A stretch of 64,000 nt of DNA from Pirellulales bacterium (GTDB taxonomy: Bacteria; Planctomycetota; Planctomycetia; Pirellulales; PALSA-1355): assembly GCA_963733035.1 (NCBI GenBank), contig CAVTBU010000005.1:2752001-2816000 (forward strand), given 5' to 3'. Every line of letters begins with the position of its first letter. The first letter of the stretch is position 1. Positions 49,006 to 59,584 of this stretch are shown here, piece by piece. The translations under genes were made by a program, and so were the position numbers. Below the pieces are notes generated by a model. The model worked only from the letters and a program-made list of their open reading frames with translations. It ran no database searches and was not told where the DNA came from.

Positions 49006-49398
49006 GCCCGGATTCTACCTTCCCAGTCGAAACCGAGGGCATCCATCTTGCATTTGACGTCCCCTTATCGAGATGCTGCGAACGCGAATTGAAATCGGGC
49101 CGGCACCTCGGCTAACGTAGGCTCGCTGAAGTCTAGACGGAGGGTGCGGTATGAGTGGGCGCTCGTCAATCGAGGCAAAATGCGTGATCTGCATGCGACA
49201 ATTTATCAGGTTTTTCGGCCTCCCATGAAAATGAAAGTTGCGCAAACTTTTTGCTCGCGAAATCGAGCCACTCAAAAATCTTCGGAAAAACGAAGTGGGC
49301 CAGCCGGCGTGTGTTTTCGTGGCGTTTGGCCTGGAGAGTGGGCTTGCGTTTTGTGGCACGTCGACATGCGCCAGTCGCGCGCGATCGCCGCCGCCCGC

Positions 49399-51510
49399 TT
49401 AGCCGATGATCACGCGCGGATGGCGCGAAGGGTCGGGTTCGGACTTGTTGATCAAGTCGCGCACCCGCCACGGGACGTTGCCTTCGCCGAACAGAAAGAA
49501 GCCGAACAGCGCCGCGGTCGCGCTTTCGTCGGACCAGCCGAAATGGATTTCCGGCGGCGTCCCCACGCGCGACAACTCCAATGCAATCGTGGCAATGGCA
49601 TGGGCAATCGAGACGCAGCGCGTGACTCGAATGACGAATCGACCTTCCTCCTGCCGGATTTCCATCACGGGGCTCTGGGCGAATTCGCTGGGATCGCCCA
49701 ACTCGGCTTCGATGAACACAATCGGCACATCGGGACCCAATCGGTGCCGGTGGCGAATACTGGCTTCCTTGTCGTCCAGCCCACGCCGGCCGGGACGATG
49801 CGGCACCAGCACCGGAAACTCCAGGTGTTTGAGGCTATCCCACAGGAAGCGCGAATTGTTATCGGCGAAGTCAAACGCCACGAATCGCAGCTCGGTACTG
49901 CGTTTCAACCGCGAACCGAACGATGCCACGATGATTGCCAGAATAAACCAGCTGGCGATTTTGATACCGTCGGGCCGCTCGTACATGTTGGCCGCCGTGG
50001 TGAAATAAAACACGATGGTGATCAGCAAGAATCCCCACGGCATGCGGCGCAGCCAGATGCCTTCGCGTTGCCGGAACAGATCGATGACCGATGCCGTGCA
50101 GGCGCTGGAAATCAGCACGAGCACGCCGGTGGCGTAAGCCCCACCCTGCTTTTCGACGTCGGCATCGAACACCCAGGTAACGATGAGATTGATGACGGTG
50201 AACAGCGCCACCAGCGGACGCACGGCCCGCGTCCATTCGGGCGCCATACCGTAGCGCGGCAGATATTGCGGCACGATGTTCAACAATCCCGCCATGGCGC
50301 TGAGGCCCGCGAAGCTCAAGATGACGACGGTTGCCAGGTCGTACAGCGTGCCGAACAGGTCGCCGAACAGCGGGTTAATGGGGTGTGGGCTTTGGCCATG
50401 CGCGAGAAAGGCCAGGGCGCGGTCCGCCGCGTTGCCACCGACCTCGACCAGGTCGCGCGGAGCCATGGCGGCGGCCCGTTCGGGCTTGAGCAGCTCATAC
50501 GGAGGAATCAGCGTGGCCGTGACAATGGCCGAGCCGAGCAGATAAACCGACATGATGCCGGCGGCGGTTGCCAGGAGGATCCGTGTGTTGCGAATACGGC
50601 CCTTGGGGTTCTCGGCCGTATCGTCGGGATCGCCCTTGATAAGCGGCATTACGGCCACGCCGGTTTCGAACCCGCTGAGCCCCAGCGCCAGCTTGGGAAA
50701 CAGCAGGATGCTGATGGCGATGATTGCGAACGTGCCATGCCCAGGCACCGGGGTGTGTTCAATGTACCATTGACCATGCGTCAGGTGGTCGAACCAGGTC
50801 GCGAACAGTTCGGTGTGCCGCAGCAGGTAAATCAATCCGCTGCCAATAACGATCATATTCAGAAACAGATAGCCGGCCACGACGACAACCGCCAGTCCGA
50901 TCACTTCCTTGAAGCCACGCATGAACGTGGCGCCCAGGATGATCAGCAGCAGCATGGTCAAGCCCATCCGCTGCCCGTTTTCGCTCAGCTGTTGGATAAA
51001 CGAGGGAGAGTAGTCCCAGAGCGGATTGTGGATCAGGTGCACCGCCGCGTCGGCGGCCGAAAGCGTCTTGGTAATGACAAAGTCGGTAGCCGCGAAACCC
51101 AGCAGGGCCAGTACCATGGTTTTGCCGGTCCAGCCATGCACGAGGCGTTCGAGCATGGCGATCGAACCTTGGCCATTCGACGAGCACTTGGCGACGTGCG
51201 AGTACACTGGCAAGGCGCCAAACAGAGTGACCAGGATCAGCACGACGGTTGCGACCGGAGCCAGCGTGCCGGCGGCTTCGAAGGCGATCGAGGGTTGATA
51301 GCCGAGCGTGCTGAAGTAGTCGACGCCGGTCAGGCACATCACCCACAGCCAGAACGACCGATGGTGCGACGGAACCGGCTCGTTCACCTTCGCGCTGGGC
51401 ATGTGCGAAGGTGCGGACGGGCTTGCCGCCGAATCGGGCGGTCCAACCGGGCCGTTGGCGGCGCTGGATGCGGGAGACTCGCTCGACGGAGTGCGCTGAT
51501 CTGGTTGCAT
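49399..51510 (-). CDS. APC-superfamily (amino acid/KimA-like) transporter
   Basis: About 12 TM helices, [37 protein letters not shown], soluble C-terminal domain. Confidence 0.8.
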   Translation of the reverse strand: MQPDQRTPSSESPASSAANGPVGPPDSAASPSAPSHMPSAKVNEPVPSHHRSFWLWVMCLTGVDYFSTLGYQPSIAFEAAGTLAPVATVVLILVTLFGALPVYSHVAKCSSNGQGSIAMLERLVHGWTGKTMVLALLGFAATDFVITKTLSAADAAVHLIHNPLWDYSPSFIQQLSENGQRMGLTMLLLIILGATFMRGFKEVIGLAVVVVAGYLFLNMIVIGSGLIYLLRHTELFATWFDHLTHGQWYIEHTPVPGHGTFAIIAISILLFPKLALGLSGFETGVAVMPLIKGDPDDTAENPKGRIRNTRILLATAAGIMSVYLLGSAIVTATLIPPYELLKPERAAAMAPRDLVEVGGNAADRALAFLAHGQSPHPINPLFGDLFGTLYDLATVVILSFAGLSAMAGLLNIVPQYLPRYGMAPEWTRAVRPLVALFTVINLIVTWVFDADVEKQGGAYATGVLVLISSACTASVIDLFRQREGIWLRRMPWGFLLITIVFYFTTAANMYERPDGIKIASWFILAIIVASFGSRLKRSTELRFVAFDFADNNSRFLWDSLKHLEFPVLVPHRPGRRGLDDKEASIRHRHRLGPDVPIVFIEAELGDPSEFAQSPVMEIRQEEGRFVIRVTRCVSIAHAIATIALELSRVGTPPEIHFGWSDESATAALFGFFLFGEGNVPWRVRDLINKSEPDPSRHPRVIIG

Positions 51511-51834
51511 GATTTAAATGGGCGTCGCGGAACGCGCGGTCAGGGCCAACATGCCATGTCCGCGGTGACCCCGCTGGCGGTAACGTGCTTAGCAATCCGT
51601 CTGCGACCCCGCGTCACACGCCCACTGACGTCGAGTCAGGTCGAGCCCTATCGTATGAACCGTGCTGCCCGAGTGTCAACCAAGCAGAGGGCTGCAAAGT
51701 CGGGGCCAATTGCGCAAACTTTCGCGGCGCCGGCCGATTGTGGAAAACTTGCCGTTCCTGCGTGCGGCGGGTTATCCTGGACAGCAACGAATCACCGCAT
51801 TCCGACCTTCCCGCCATCCGCGAGACCCGAAGTC

Positions 51835-53130
51835 ATGAATCCTCTTGCCTCGCGCCGTACGTTCCTTAAACAATCGGCCATGACCACCGCCGCCTTGGCC
51901 AGCACGCAACTCGCCTCTGCGGTTCGAGCTGCCGACGACTCGCCGGGCGAAGCCGTGGTGTTGGGCGTAATAGGCGTCAACGGCCGCGGTCGGGCCCTGG
52001 CCGAGAGTTTCTCGACGCTGGGTGGCGCGCGGATCGCCTATATTTGCGACGTCGATCAGCGGGCCGTCGACCGCACCGTGAGTGCTATCGGCGGGAAGCA
52101 ACAACACGCACCCCAGGGCGTGACGGACCTCCGCAAAATCTTCGACGACAACTCGGTGGACGGCGTGGTTATTGCTACGCCCGATCATTGGCATGGTCCG
52201 GCGGCCATCATGGCCTGCGGCGCCCGCAAACACGTCTATGTAGAAAAACCGGCGTGCCACAATCCGCGGGAAGGAGAACTGATGGTCGAAGCGGCACGGA
52301 AGAACAACCGTGTCATGCAACTTGGCACCCAGCGCCGCAGCATGCCAGGAACAATCGAAGCGGTTGAGCGAGTACATGCGGGCGAGATCGGCAAGGTGTT
52401 GTTCTCGCGCGGGTGGTACAATGCCAATCGCAAATCGATCGGACACGGTCATGCAGTACCAGTGCCCGAATGGCTCAACTACGAGCTCTGGCAAGGTCCG
52501 GCGCCGGAGCGTCCGTATCACGATAATGTCGTGCACTACAATTGGCATTGGTTTTGGCATTGGGGAACCGGTGAACTTGGCAACAATGGCATTCACTCGC
52601 TCGATGTTTGCCGTTGGGGCTTGAAGGTCGACTACCCGACACGAGTAACCGCGGGCGGCGGCAAGTATTACTTCGACGACGATCAGGAGACACCCGATAC
52701 GCAGGTCGTCACTTGGGACTTCGGCGACAAGGCAATTACCTGGGAGGGACGTAACTGGCATCGCCACGGCTTCGAGGGATCGACGTTCGGGATCGCCTTC
52801 TACGGCGACAACGGCTCGCTTGTGACCACGGGTCAAGACTACAAGCTCTATGATGCGGGTGGAAAACTTCTGGCGACGCAGACCAAGGGCTTTGACGGCC
52901 ACGATCCGCATCTGAGGAACTTTCTGGCGTGCGTGCGCTCCGGTGACCGTCCCGCCGCGGATATCGAAGAGGGGTACAAGAGCACGTTGCTTTGTCATTT
53001 GGGAAACATCGCCTATCGTAGCGGTCATACGCTGAATTGCGATCCGACGAACGGCCACGTGCAGAATGATTCCTCGGCCGAAGCACTTTGGACTCGCGAG
53101 TATCGTCCTGGCTGGGAGCCGAAGGTGTAG
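51835..53130 (+). CDS. Tat-exported Gfo/Idh/MocA oxidoreductase
   Basis: SRRTFLK Tat motif, IGVNGRG, ATPDHWH, VYVEKP, GTQRRS, WQGPAP, GIHSLD. Confidence 0.92.
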   Translation: MNPLASRRTFLKQSAMTTAALASTQLASAVRAADDSPGEAVVLGVIGVNGRGRALAESFSTLGGARIAYICDVDQRAVDRTVSAIGGKQQHAPQGVTDLRKIFDDNSVDGVVIATPDHWHGPAAIMACGARKHVYVEKPACHNPREGELMVEAARKNNRVMQLGTQRRSMPGTIEAVERVHAGEIGKVLFSRGWYNANRKSIGHGHAVPVPEWLNYELWQGPAPERPYHDNVVHYNWHWFWHWGTGELGNNGIHSLDVCRWGLKVDYPTRVTAGGGKYYFDDDQETPDTQVVTWDFGDKAITWEGRNWHRHGFEGSTFGIAFYGDNGSLVTTGQDYKLYDAGGKLLATQTKGFDGHDPHLRNFLACVRSGDRPAADIEEGYKSTLLCHLGNIAYRSGHTLNCDPTNGHVQNDSSAEALWTREYRPGWEPKV

Positions 53131-53165
53131 GTTCGGCGATTGCCGGCAGAAAGTACTTCGTCGCA

Positions 53166-53615
53166 ATGAACAAAGCTTTCATTCGCGAACCGGACGATAC
53201 CGGAGAACTTCATTGCCCGGCTTGCGGTTCATTGGGCATCGCCGTGCAACGTGAAACCTGGCAAGTGCACGTGGTAGAAACGTCGGCGGATGCGCTCGCG
53301 GATTCCGCATTCTTCTGTCCGTTTCCGCGTTGCGACATAGCGTACTTCGATATGTTCGAACGACAGGTGCGCATCGAGGCGCTTCGGCACGGAGTCTATC
53401 CCAAGGATTCGCAGGCCCCAATCTGCGCATGCTTTGGACTCAAGGCCGAGGACATCGAAATGGATATTCGCGAAGGGGGCGTGACGCGCGTCCGCGCGCT
53501 GATTGAGAAAGCGAGGGGGGCCGACGCACACTGTCGCACGGCGGCCGCGAATGGCCAGAGTTGTATCGGTGAAGTTCAGCGTTATTTTATGAAGTTGCGA
53601 GGAGGGCAATCGTGA
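53166..53615 (+). CDS. Zinc-ribbon + [2Fe-2S] protein (CopZ-N/BFD-like)
   Basis: CPACG, FCPFPRCDIAYF, PICACFG, C....NGQSC. Confidence 0.72.
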   Translation: MNKAFIREPDDTGELHCPACGSLGIAVQRETWQVHVVETSADALADSAFFCPFPRCDIAYFDMFERQVRIEALRHGVYPKDSQAPICACFGLKAEDIEMDIREGGVTRVRALIEKARGADAHCRTAAANGQSCIGEVQRYFMKLRGGQS

Positions 53616-53663
53616 CGAGTATTTGTCGAGCTTTCCCGAGCCTGAACCCTACGCACGCACGGC

Positions 53664-54260
53664 TTACTTGCCGATGCGCGGAATGAACCGTCCCGTAGTC
53701 GCCATGTACCTGCGGTAAGCATCGCCAAAGCGGTCGGTCAGTTTCTGTTCTTCTTTGGGTGTGCGCAATACGAGCAACAGCATCACTAATGACCCGCAAA
53801 CGGCGATCAACCAGTTGGCTGCCAACACCGCGACTCCCAAAATCAACAGCGCCGCGGAAACGTAAAATGGGTGACGCACCCAACGATACGGGCCGCTTGT
53901 TACGAGGGTAGCCGAGTCGCGGATGGAGACCGTGTCAGTCAGATTCGTGCCTAACGTCGTGAGAGTTGCATATAGCAGCAGGACGCCTCCAACGCCGATG
54001 CCAGCTCCCGTCCAACGGAGCAACGGGGCGAGCGACAACGAAAATGGCCCCAGTGCTTCCGGACGAACAAGATACAATAGCGTGCAAGTGCCTAACGCTA
54101 GGCCGGAAAATCGCAGTACGATCGCCAGCAGCAATCCCTCCTCACGGCGATCGAAACGTTCGCCGGAGTGCGCCGCTCGAAGGCGGTGATACGCCGTGAT
54201 CGATATCGCCGCGGCAAATAGCAACAAGACCGCCATTCGGTAGGGAATTTCGGGGCTCAT
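53664..54260 (-). CDS. Isoprenylcysteine carboxyl methyltransferase (ICMT/PEMT) family membrane protein
   Basis: LGTN, LVTSGPYRWVRHPFY, EEQKL..RFGDAYRRY..TGRFIP. Confidence 0.88.
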   Translation of the reverse strand: MSPEIPYRMAVLLLFAAAISITAYHRLRAAHSGERFDRREEGLLLAIVLRFSGLALGTCTLLYLVRPEALGPFSLSLAPLLRWTGAGIGVGGVLLLYATLTTLGTNLTDTVSIRDSATLVTSGPYRWVRHPFYVSAALLILGVAVLAANWLIAVCGSLVMLLLVLRTPKEEQKLTDRFGDAYRRYMATTGRFIPRIGK

Positions 54261-54433
54261 TGCCGACGGCAGGTGTATCGGTACATAGCAAGCGATGGCT
54301 CAGGATAGGCCCGTGGCTGCGGAGCGTCAACGATCTTCGCCTCGGCGACGATTGCACGACCGGCCGCCTCTGACGATAATCCGCCCACGGGTTCGATTCG
54401 TGGCGGTACAACAGGGCTGAAGGGTAGGCGGTC

Positions 54434-55207
54434 ATGACACGAGATACTTTGCGTGAAGTTGCAGCGGAGTTTCTGGGGACATTCACGCTGATCGTGTTTG
54501 GAGTCGGTGTCGTGGCACAGGTAATCCTCGGCGAGGGCAAAACCGGCGAGTATTTCTCAATCAACATCGCCTGGGGGATCGCCGTGATGCTTGGGTGTTA
54601 CGTGGCGGGAGGCATTTCCGGTGCGCATTTGAATCCGGCCGTTACTCTGGCGTTTGCGGTGCACCGCGACTTTCCATGGCGGAAAGTGATCCCGTACGTT
54701 CTTGCCCAGTTTGCCGGCGCGTTTGTGGCCGCCGCCGTTGCCTATTTCACCTACTACGAGGCGATCAACGCCTTCGAGTCGACCCGCACGTTGACGACCG
54801 CCGGTATTTTCTCGACCTATCCCCAAGAGTATCTGACGAACTTTCCAGGCGGACTGGTGGATCAAACCGTCGGCACGGCGCTGTTGATGCTGGTGATTCT
54901 TGCCGTCGGCGATCAACGCAATATGGCGTTGCCGGCGCCGTTCGGCCCGATGATCGTCGGTTCCACGGTGTTCCTGATTGGCATGACGTACGGTCTGAAC
55001 GCCGGGTATGCGATCAATCCGGCCCGCGATCTTGCTCCGCGACTTTGGACCTATTTCGCCGGCTGGGGCGATCAGGTATTCACCGCGCACCATTATTTTT
55101 GGTGGGTTCCGGTGGTGGGGCCCTGCGTTGGTGCCGTGGTGGGTGGTTTCATTTACGACCTGTTCATTACGCGACTCTACGGCAAAGAGAACGCGAAATC
55201 CAAGTGA
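54434..55207 (+). CDS. glpF: MIP family aquaglyceroporin (GlpF-like)
   Basis: AEFLGT, SGAHLNPAVT, AGIFSTYP, YAINPARD. Confidence 0.88.
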   Translation: MTRDTLREVAAEFLGTFTLIVFGVGVVAQVILGEGKTGEYFSINIAWGIAVMLGCYVAGGISGAHLNPAVTLAFAVHRDFPWRKVIPYVLAQFAGAFVAAAVAYFTYYEAINAFESTRTLTTAGIFSTYPQEYLTNFPGGLVDQTVGTALLMLVILAVGDQRNMALPAPFGPMIVGSTVFLIGMTYGLNAGYAINPARDLAPRLWTYFAGWGDQVFTAHHYFWWVPVVGPCVGAVVGGFIYDLFITRLYGKENAKSK

Positions 55208-55306
55208 ACTCTCGCGCCGCCGTTTCTATACTGTGAGTCGGGGTGCCGCTGCGCACTGCCTTGACCGTACAAATCTGCAGGCCCCACTTTGCTCAACGGG
55301 GAGACG

Positions 55307-56668
55307 ATGGCCGACAAAGTATTTCGCGCCGGCGCGGCAACCAGCAACATCACGCCGCCGCTGGGTGTTTCGATCAACGGCGGCATGAGTGATCGAACCG
55401 CTACGCACGTGCATGACGATTTGCACGCCCGCTGCATGGTGCTCGACGACGGGCAGACCAAGATCGCCCTGGTCGTTTGCGATAGCTGCATGATTCCGCG
55501 GACAATTCTGGATCGGGCCAAGCACGAAGCGCACAGTCACACCGGCATTCCGCTCGACCATATTCTGATTTCCGCCACGCACACGCACAGTGCGCCGACG
55601 TCGGCCGGCGTTTTCCAAAGCGAACCGAACGTCGAGTACACAGAGTTCCTCGCGCAGCGCATTTCCGATGGCATTCGCCGCGCAGCCCACAATTTGGCGC
55701 CCGCCAAGATCGGCTGGGGCGTCGGCAGCGAACCAACGCAAGTACACAATCGCCGCTGGAAAATGCGCGAGGGTTTCAAGCTGCTCGATCCGTTCGGCCG
55801 GGCCGATCACGTGCGGATGAATCCACCGGTCGCCAGTCCCGATCTCATCGAGCCGGCCGGACCGATCGATCCGCAAATCGGCGTGCTCTCGGTGCGCGAC
55901 GCCGATGGTCGACCGCTGGCGCTGTTGGCCAACTACTCGCTGCATTACGTCGGCGGAGTGCCAGGGGGAGAAATTTCGGCCGACTACTACGGAGCGTTCG
56001 CGCAACGGTTGGCACAGTTGCTGGCCGCCCGCGGGCAAAGTCCACCGTTTGTGGGCATCATGTCCAATGGCACCAGCGGAAATATCAACAACGTCAACTT
56101 TCGCGAGGCGAGCGAGAGCCAGCCGCCGTACGCGCAGATTCGCAAAGTGGCCGAGCTCACGGCTGTAGAAGCGGCCCGCGTTGCCGAGTCAATCGACTAT
56201 TACGATTGGGCGCCGCTGGCGATGCGGCAGGCTTCGTTGCGATTGGGCCGCCGCTCGACTCCGAAAGACGAAGTGGAGCGAGCCCGTTTCATCTTGTCGC
56301 AGGCAGACGGCATGTCGCTGCGCGGCGTGGAACAGATCTACGCCCGCGAGACGGTGCTCTTAAATGACTACCCGCCGTACGTCGAAACCCTATTGCAGGC
56401 GATCAAGATTGGCGAGCTTGGCATCGCCAGTTCGCCGTGCGAGACGTTCGTCGAAACGGGCCTGGCGATCAAGGAGCAAAGCCCGCTGAAACCAACCTTC
56501 GTGATCGAATTGGCCAACGACTATTGCGGGTACCTGCCGACTGCCGAGCAGCATGCCCTGGGGGGCTACGAAACCTGGCGGGCGCGATCGAGTTTTCTGG
56601 AAGTCGAAGCCGAGGCCAAGATTCGCCGCAAACTGCTCGAACTGCTCGGCGAGGTGGCTAAAGCGTAG
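55307..56668 (+). CDS. Neutral/alkaline ceramidase N-terminal-domain-like hydrolase
   Basis: AGAA..NITP, VHDDLHAR, ISATHTHSAP, NYSLHY, ISADY, ANDYCGYLPT, GGYE. Confidence 0.85.
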   Translation: MADKVFRAGAATSNITPPLGVSINGGMSDRTATHVHDDLHARCMVLDDGQTKIALVVCDSCMIPRTILDRAKHEAHSHTGIPLDHILISATHTHSAPTSAGVFQSEPNVEYTEFLAQRISDGIRRAAHNLAPAKIGWGVGSEPTQVHNRRWKMREGFKLLDPFGRADHVRMNPPVASPDLIEPAGPIDPQIGVLSVRDADGRPLALLANYSLHYVGGVPGGEISADYYGAFAQRLAQLLAARGQSPPFVGIMSNGTSGNINNVNFREASESQPPYAQIRKVAELTAVEAARVAESIDYYDWAPLAMRQASLRLGRRSTPKDEVERARFILSQADGMSLRGVEQIYARETVLLNDYPPYVETLLQAIKIGELGIASSPCETFVETGLAIKEQSPLKPTFVIELANDYCGYLPTAEQHALGGYETWRARSSFLEVEAEAKIRRKLLELLGEVAKA

Positions 56669-56691
56669 CTCCACCGAGACAAGGCAAACCC

Positions 56692-57393
56692 ATGCACTTG
56701 CTCGACGCAGATATGGTGCGGCGTGAAGTTCCCGATACGCCGGCCACGCTCGAGTATCGCGTCATCGCCTGTCAGCAAGATTCAACCGCCTATCGCTCTG
56801 GCAGCGGATTGTTGCTCGTCGAAGCGCGCCGCGGTCTGCTGGGTGCTCTGGGTGAGATTGATCCGCACGACATCGCACAGATTCAACTAAAGCACGATTT
56901 GCATTGCGAATTGCTCGCCGATGTGCCGGCGCACCTCGCACTGCAAAACCTTATCGCGTGTCAGCGAGCGCGGATCTGTACGCTCGCCGCCCCCTGGCAA
57001 TTGCCGCGAACGTCGAACGATCAACTCACCATTCGTCCACTGAGTTCCGAGGATCGAACGAATCACGTTCCAGGCGAGTTGCGCGAAGAGATTCGCGGTG
57101 CCCACGATGCTGGTCGTGTCTTCGCGGGTTTTGTCGACGGACGGGCCGTGAGTTTCGCCTACGCGCTGATGACCGAGACCCTGGCCGATGTGTCGATCGA
57201 TACGCTTTCGGAATATCGAAACCGCGGGATTGGCCGGGCGGTCGTGGCCACGCTGATCGATGAGCTGGTCGCGGTTGGCAAGACGCCAGTTTGGGGCGCC
57301 GTCGAAAGCAACCTCGCTTCGCTGCAGCTGGCGGAGATTCTCGGCTTCACCGCACCGGCTGGGGAGTTGTTTGTTGCCGACGATTGGTGGTGA
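56692..57393 (+). CDS. GNAT family acetyltransferase
   Basis: DVSIDTLSEYRNRGIGRAV, PVWG...SNLASLQLAEILGF. Confidence 0.8.
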   Translation: MHLLDADMVRREVPDTPATLEYRVIACQQDSTAYRSGSGLLLVEARRGLLGALGEIDPHDIAQIQLKHDLHCELLADVPAHLALQNLIACQRARICTLAAPWQLPRTSNDQLTIRPLSSEDRTNHVPGELREEIRGAHDAGRVFAGFVDGRAVSFAYALMTETLADVSIDTLSEYRNRGIGRAVVATLIDELVAVGKTPVWGAVESNLASLQLAEILGFTAPAGELFVADDWW

Positions 57394-58348
57394 GCAGCGC
57401 TTGCAGCGCCCAGCCGGTCGTCGACATCTGTTGGGCATAGCTGTCGACACCCGGTGGTCGCGTCGTGGGGGGCCAACTTCCGTCGGCCTGCTGCATGGCA
57501 ATCAAATATTGCCGGCCGCGGGCGATCACCTCGCCGTAATCTTCGCGGTTCTTCTGCGCGACCAGCGCGAGCAGAACCACGGCCGTATCGAAGACCTCCG
57601 GCGGCGAATTGACAAACGGACCCCAGCCGCCATCGGGCGACTCCCCCTCGCGAATGAGCGTCAGTGCTTCGTCACGGTGCAGCTTCGCCTTGGGGGAACG
57701 CACTTCTGCGAGGGCCAGCAACGTCGCGGCCGCGTCGAGCACGCTCTTAGGGGAGGTGGCCTCGAACCACGATCGGGCCTTGCCGAGCTGCGGGGAGTAC
57801 TCGTGCGCATCAAACTGCCGAAGGCTTTCGGCAGCCAAGAGCGTTGCCAGCGGCTGACCGTAAGTGACCGGCGAACCAACCGTTCCCGCGGCGTCGGTCG
57901 ACCAACTTCCATCGTCGTTCTGCAATTCGGCGACGAGCCTGGCGGCCGACTCAAGTGTTTGAGGCCGGTCGATCAGACCAGCACGATCCGCCTCGGCCAG
58001 CGCCACGCCAAACTGAATGCGAGCCAGTTTCTTGTCCTTGAATGGGCCATCGGGGCCATTGGCATCCCACTGTTCCGGCGTGCCGAGAAACAACAATGTA
58101 TCGCGGTAGGCAGCGTCATCGTCTACCAGTCCGTGCTGCTTTGCGAGCAGCAGTGACCGAGCCGCATCACCGTTGTTGTGGCACGAGTAGCAGTTGTTCT
58201 CGCCATGCCACTTCGGCACCTCGGTGGCTAGGTAATGAGCGGCCCGTTGCTCAGGTGTTGGCTCCACCTGCGCAACGGCCAGCCGCGTACATAGGCAGGT
58301 CGACAAAACGACGAGCCCCGCCAGATGCCTAATGGTCGTGCTACACAC
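57347..58348 (-). CDS. Secreted prenyltransferase/squalene-cyclase-repeat protein with CxxCH
   Basis: Signal peptide, CYSCH, QW-type repeats QNDDGSW, ESPDGGW and QQADGSW. Confidence 0.78.
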   Translation of the reverse strand: MCSTTIRHLAGLVVLSTCLCTRLAVAQVEPTPEQRAAHYLATEVPKWHGENNCYSCHNNGDAARSLLLAKQHGLVDDDAAYRDTLLFLGTPEQWDANGPDGPFKDKKLARIQFGVALAEADRAGLIDRPQTLESAARLVAELQNDDGSWSTDAAGTVGSPVTYGQPLATLLAAESLRQFDAHEYSPQLGKARSWFEATSPKSVLDAAATLLALAEVRSPKAKLHRDEALTLIREGESPDGGWGPFVNSPPEVFDTAVVLLALVAQKNREDYGEVIARGRQYLIAMQQADGSWPPTTRPPGVDSYAQQMSTTGWALQALLTTNRRQQTTPQPVR

Positions 58349-58350
58349 AA

Positions 58351-59502
58351 CTAAATGCGTTCAATGATCGTGCAAGTGGCCATGCCGTGGCCGATGCACA
58401 TGGTCTGCAATCCGAGCGTGCCGCCGGTGGCTTCCAGCCCGGTGACCATCTTCGAGAACAAGCCGGCGCCAGTGGCTCCCAGTGGGTGACCGTGGGCAAT
58501 GGCCCCGCCCCAGGGATTGACCTTTTCCAAGTTGGCGTTGAGTTCCTTCGCCCAACTCAGCACGACTGAAGCGAACGCTTCGTTGATTTCGATCCAGTCG
58601 ATGTCGTTGAGCGTCAGCCCGGCGCGCTTGAGCGCCTTTTGTGTGGCGGGAATCACGCCGGCCAATTGCAAGGTCGGGTCGTCTCCCACGGCAACTCGTG
58701 CCAAAAAGCGGGCGCGTGGTTTGAAACCGTCGCCAACGGCCACCTCACGGTCGGCAATCAATACCGCCGCGGCTCCGTCAGAAATCTGGCTTGAATTGGC
58801 GGCCGTCACCACGCCGTTGCCGTCGGGGCGAAACACCGTCTTGAGCGAGGCCATCTTGGCCGGATCGATCGTTTCGCGAATGCCCTCGTCGCGATCGACC
58901 TTGATCGGTTTGCCTTCGCCATCGAGGCCGGCCGTGGGAAGGATCTCCTTGTTCCGCTTGTCGTGCATCGCGGCCGCGGCTCGTCGGTGGCTTTCCTTGG
59001 AAAACTCGTCGACGTCTTGCCGCGTGATGTGGTACTTCTCGGCCAACAGCTCGGCACTCTCTCCCTGGTGCACCAGGTTGAATTTGGCCAACTCGGGGTT
59101 GAGCTTGTCGAGCGATCCCACGTCGCTGAACATTGGTGCGCGCGTCATGTTTTCGACACCGCAACCGATGGTGTAGAACGCATCGCCGGCGCCAATTTGC
59201 TGAGCGGCGAAGTGAATCGCCTGCTGGCTCGAACCGCACATGCGATTGAGGGACACGGCTGGCACTTCGACCGGAAAACCAGCCAAGAGCGCCGCAAGTC
59301 GACCAATGTTGGCACCTTGTTCGCCGGCCTGTGTGACACAGCCGGTGATCACATCTTCAATCTTCGCAGGTGCAATGCCGATCCGTTCGCACAGCCCCGA
59401 CAGGGCATGAGCCAATAGTGAGTCGGGACGCACTTCGCGAAACACGCCTCCTTTGCGGCCAAAGGGAGTTCGCACCGTCTCGATGACAACCGGTTGTGGC
59501 AT
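58351..59502 (-). CDS. Thiolase (acetyl-CoA C-acyltransferase)
   Basis: [50 protein letters not shown]. Confidence 0.95.
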   Translation of the reverse strand: MPQPVVIETVRTPFGRKGGVFREVRPDSLLAHALSGLCERIGIAPAKIEDVITGCVTQAGEQGANIGRLAALLAGFPVEVPAVSLNRMCGSSQQAIHFAAQQIGAGDAFYTIGCGVENMTRAPMFSDVGSLDKLNPELAKFNLVHQGESAELLAEKYHITRQDVDEFSKESHRRAAAAMHDKRNKEILPTAGLDGEGKPIKVDRDEGIRETIDPAKMASLKTVFRPDGNGVVTAANSSQISDGAAAVLIADREVAVGDGFKPRARFLARVAVGDDPTLQLAGVIPATQKALKRAGLTLNDIDWIEINEAFASVVLSWAKELNANLEKVNPWGGAIAHGHPLGATGAGLFSKMVTGLEATGGTLGLQTMCIGHGMATCTIIERI

Positions 59503-59584
59503 GACTAGTTTCCTTGCGTTGGTATGGTCTCAAGACCGCGCGAGCGCGGTCCACTATGTATTAAATTGTATGCCCCACGGCCAG

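Noticed and set aside
49144..53130. 1328-aa + strand ORF
   Set aside because: The first ~900 codons are the antisense shadow of the transporter plus intergenic DNA. The real gene begins at the Tat signal at 51835.
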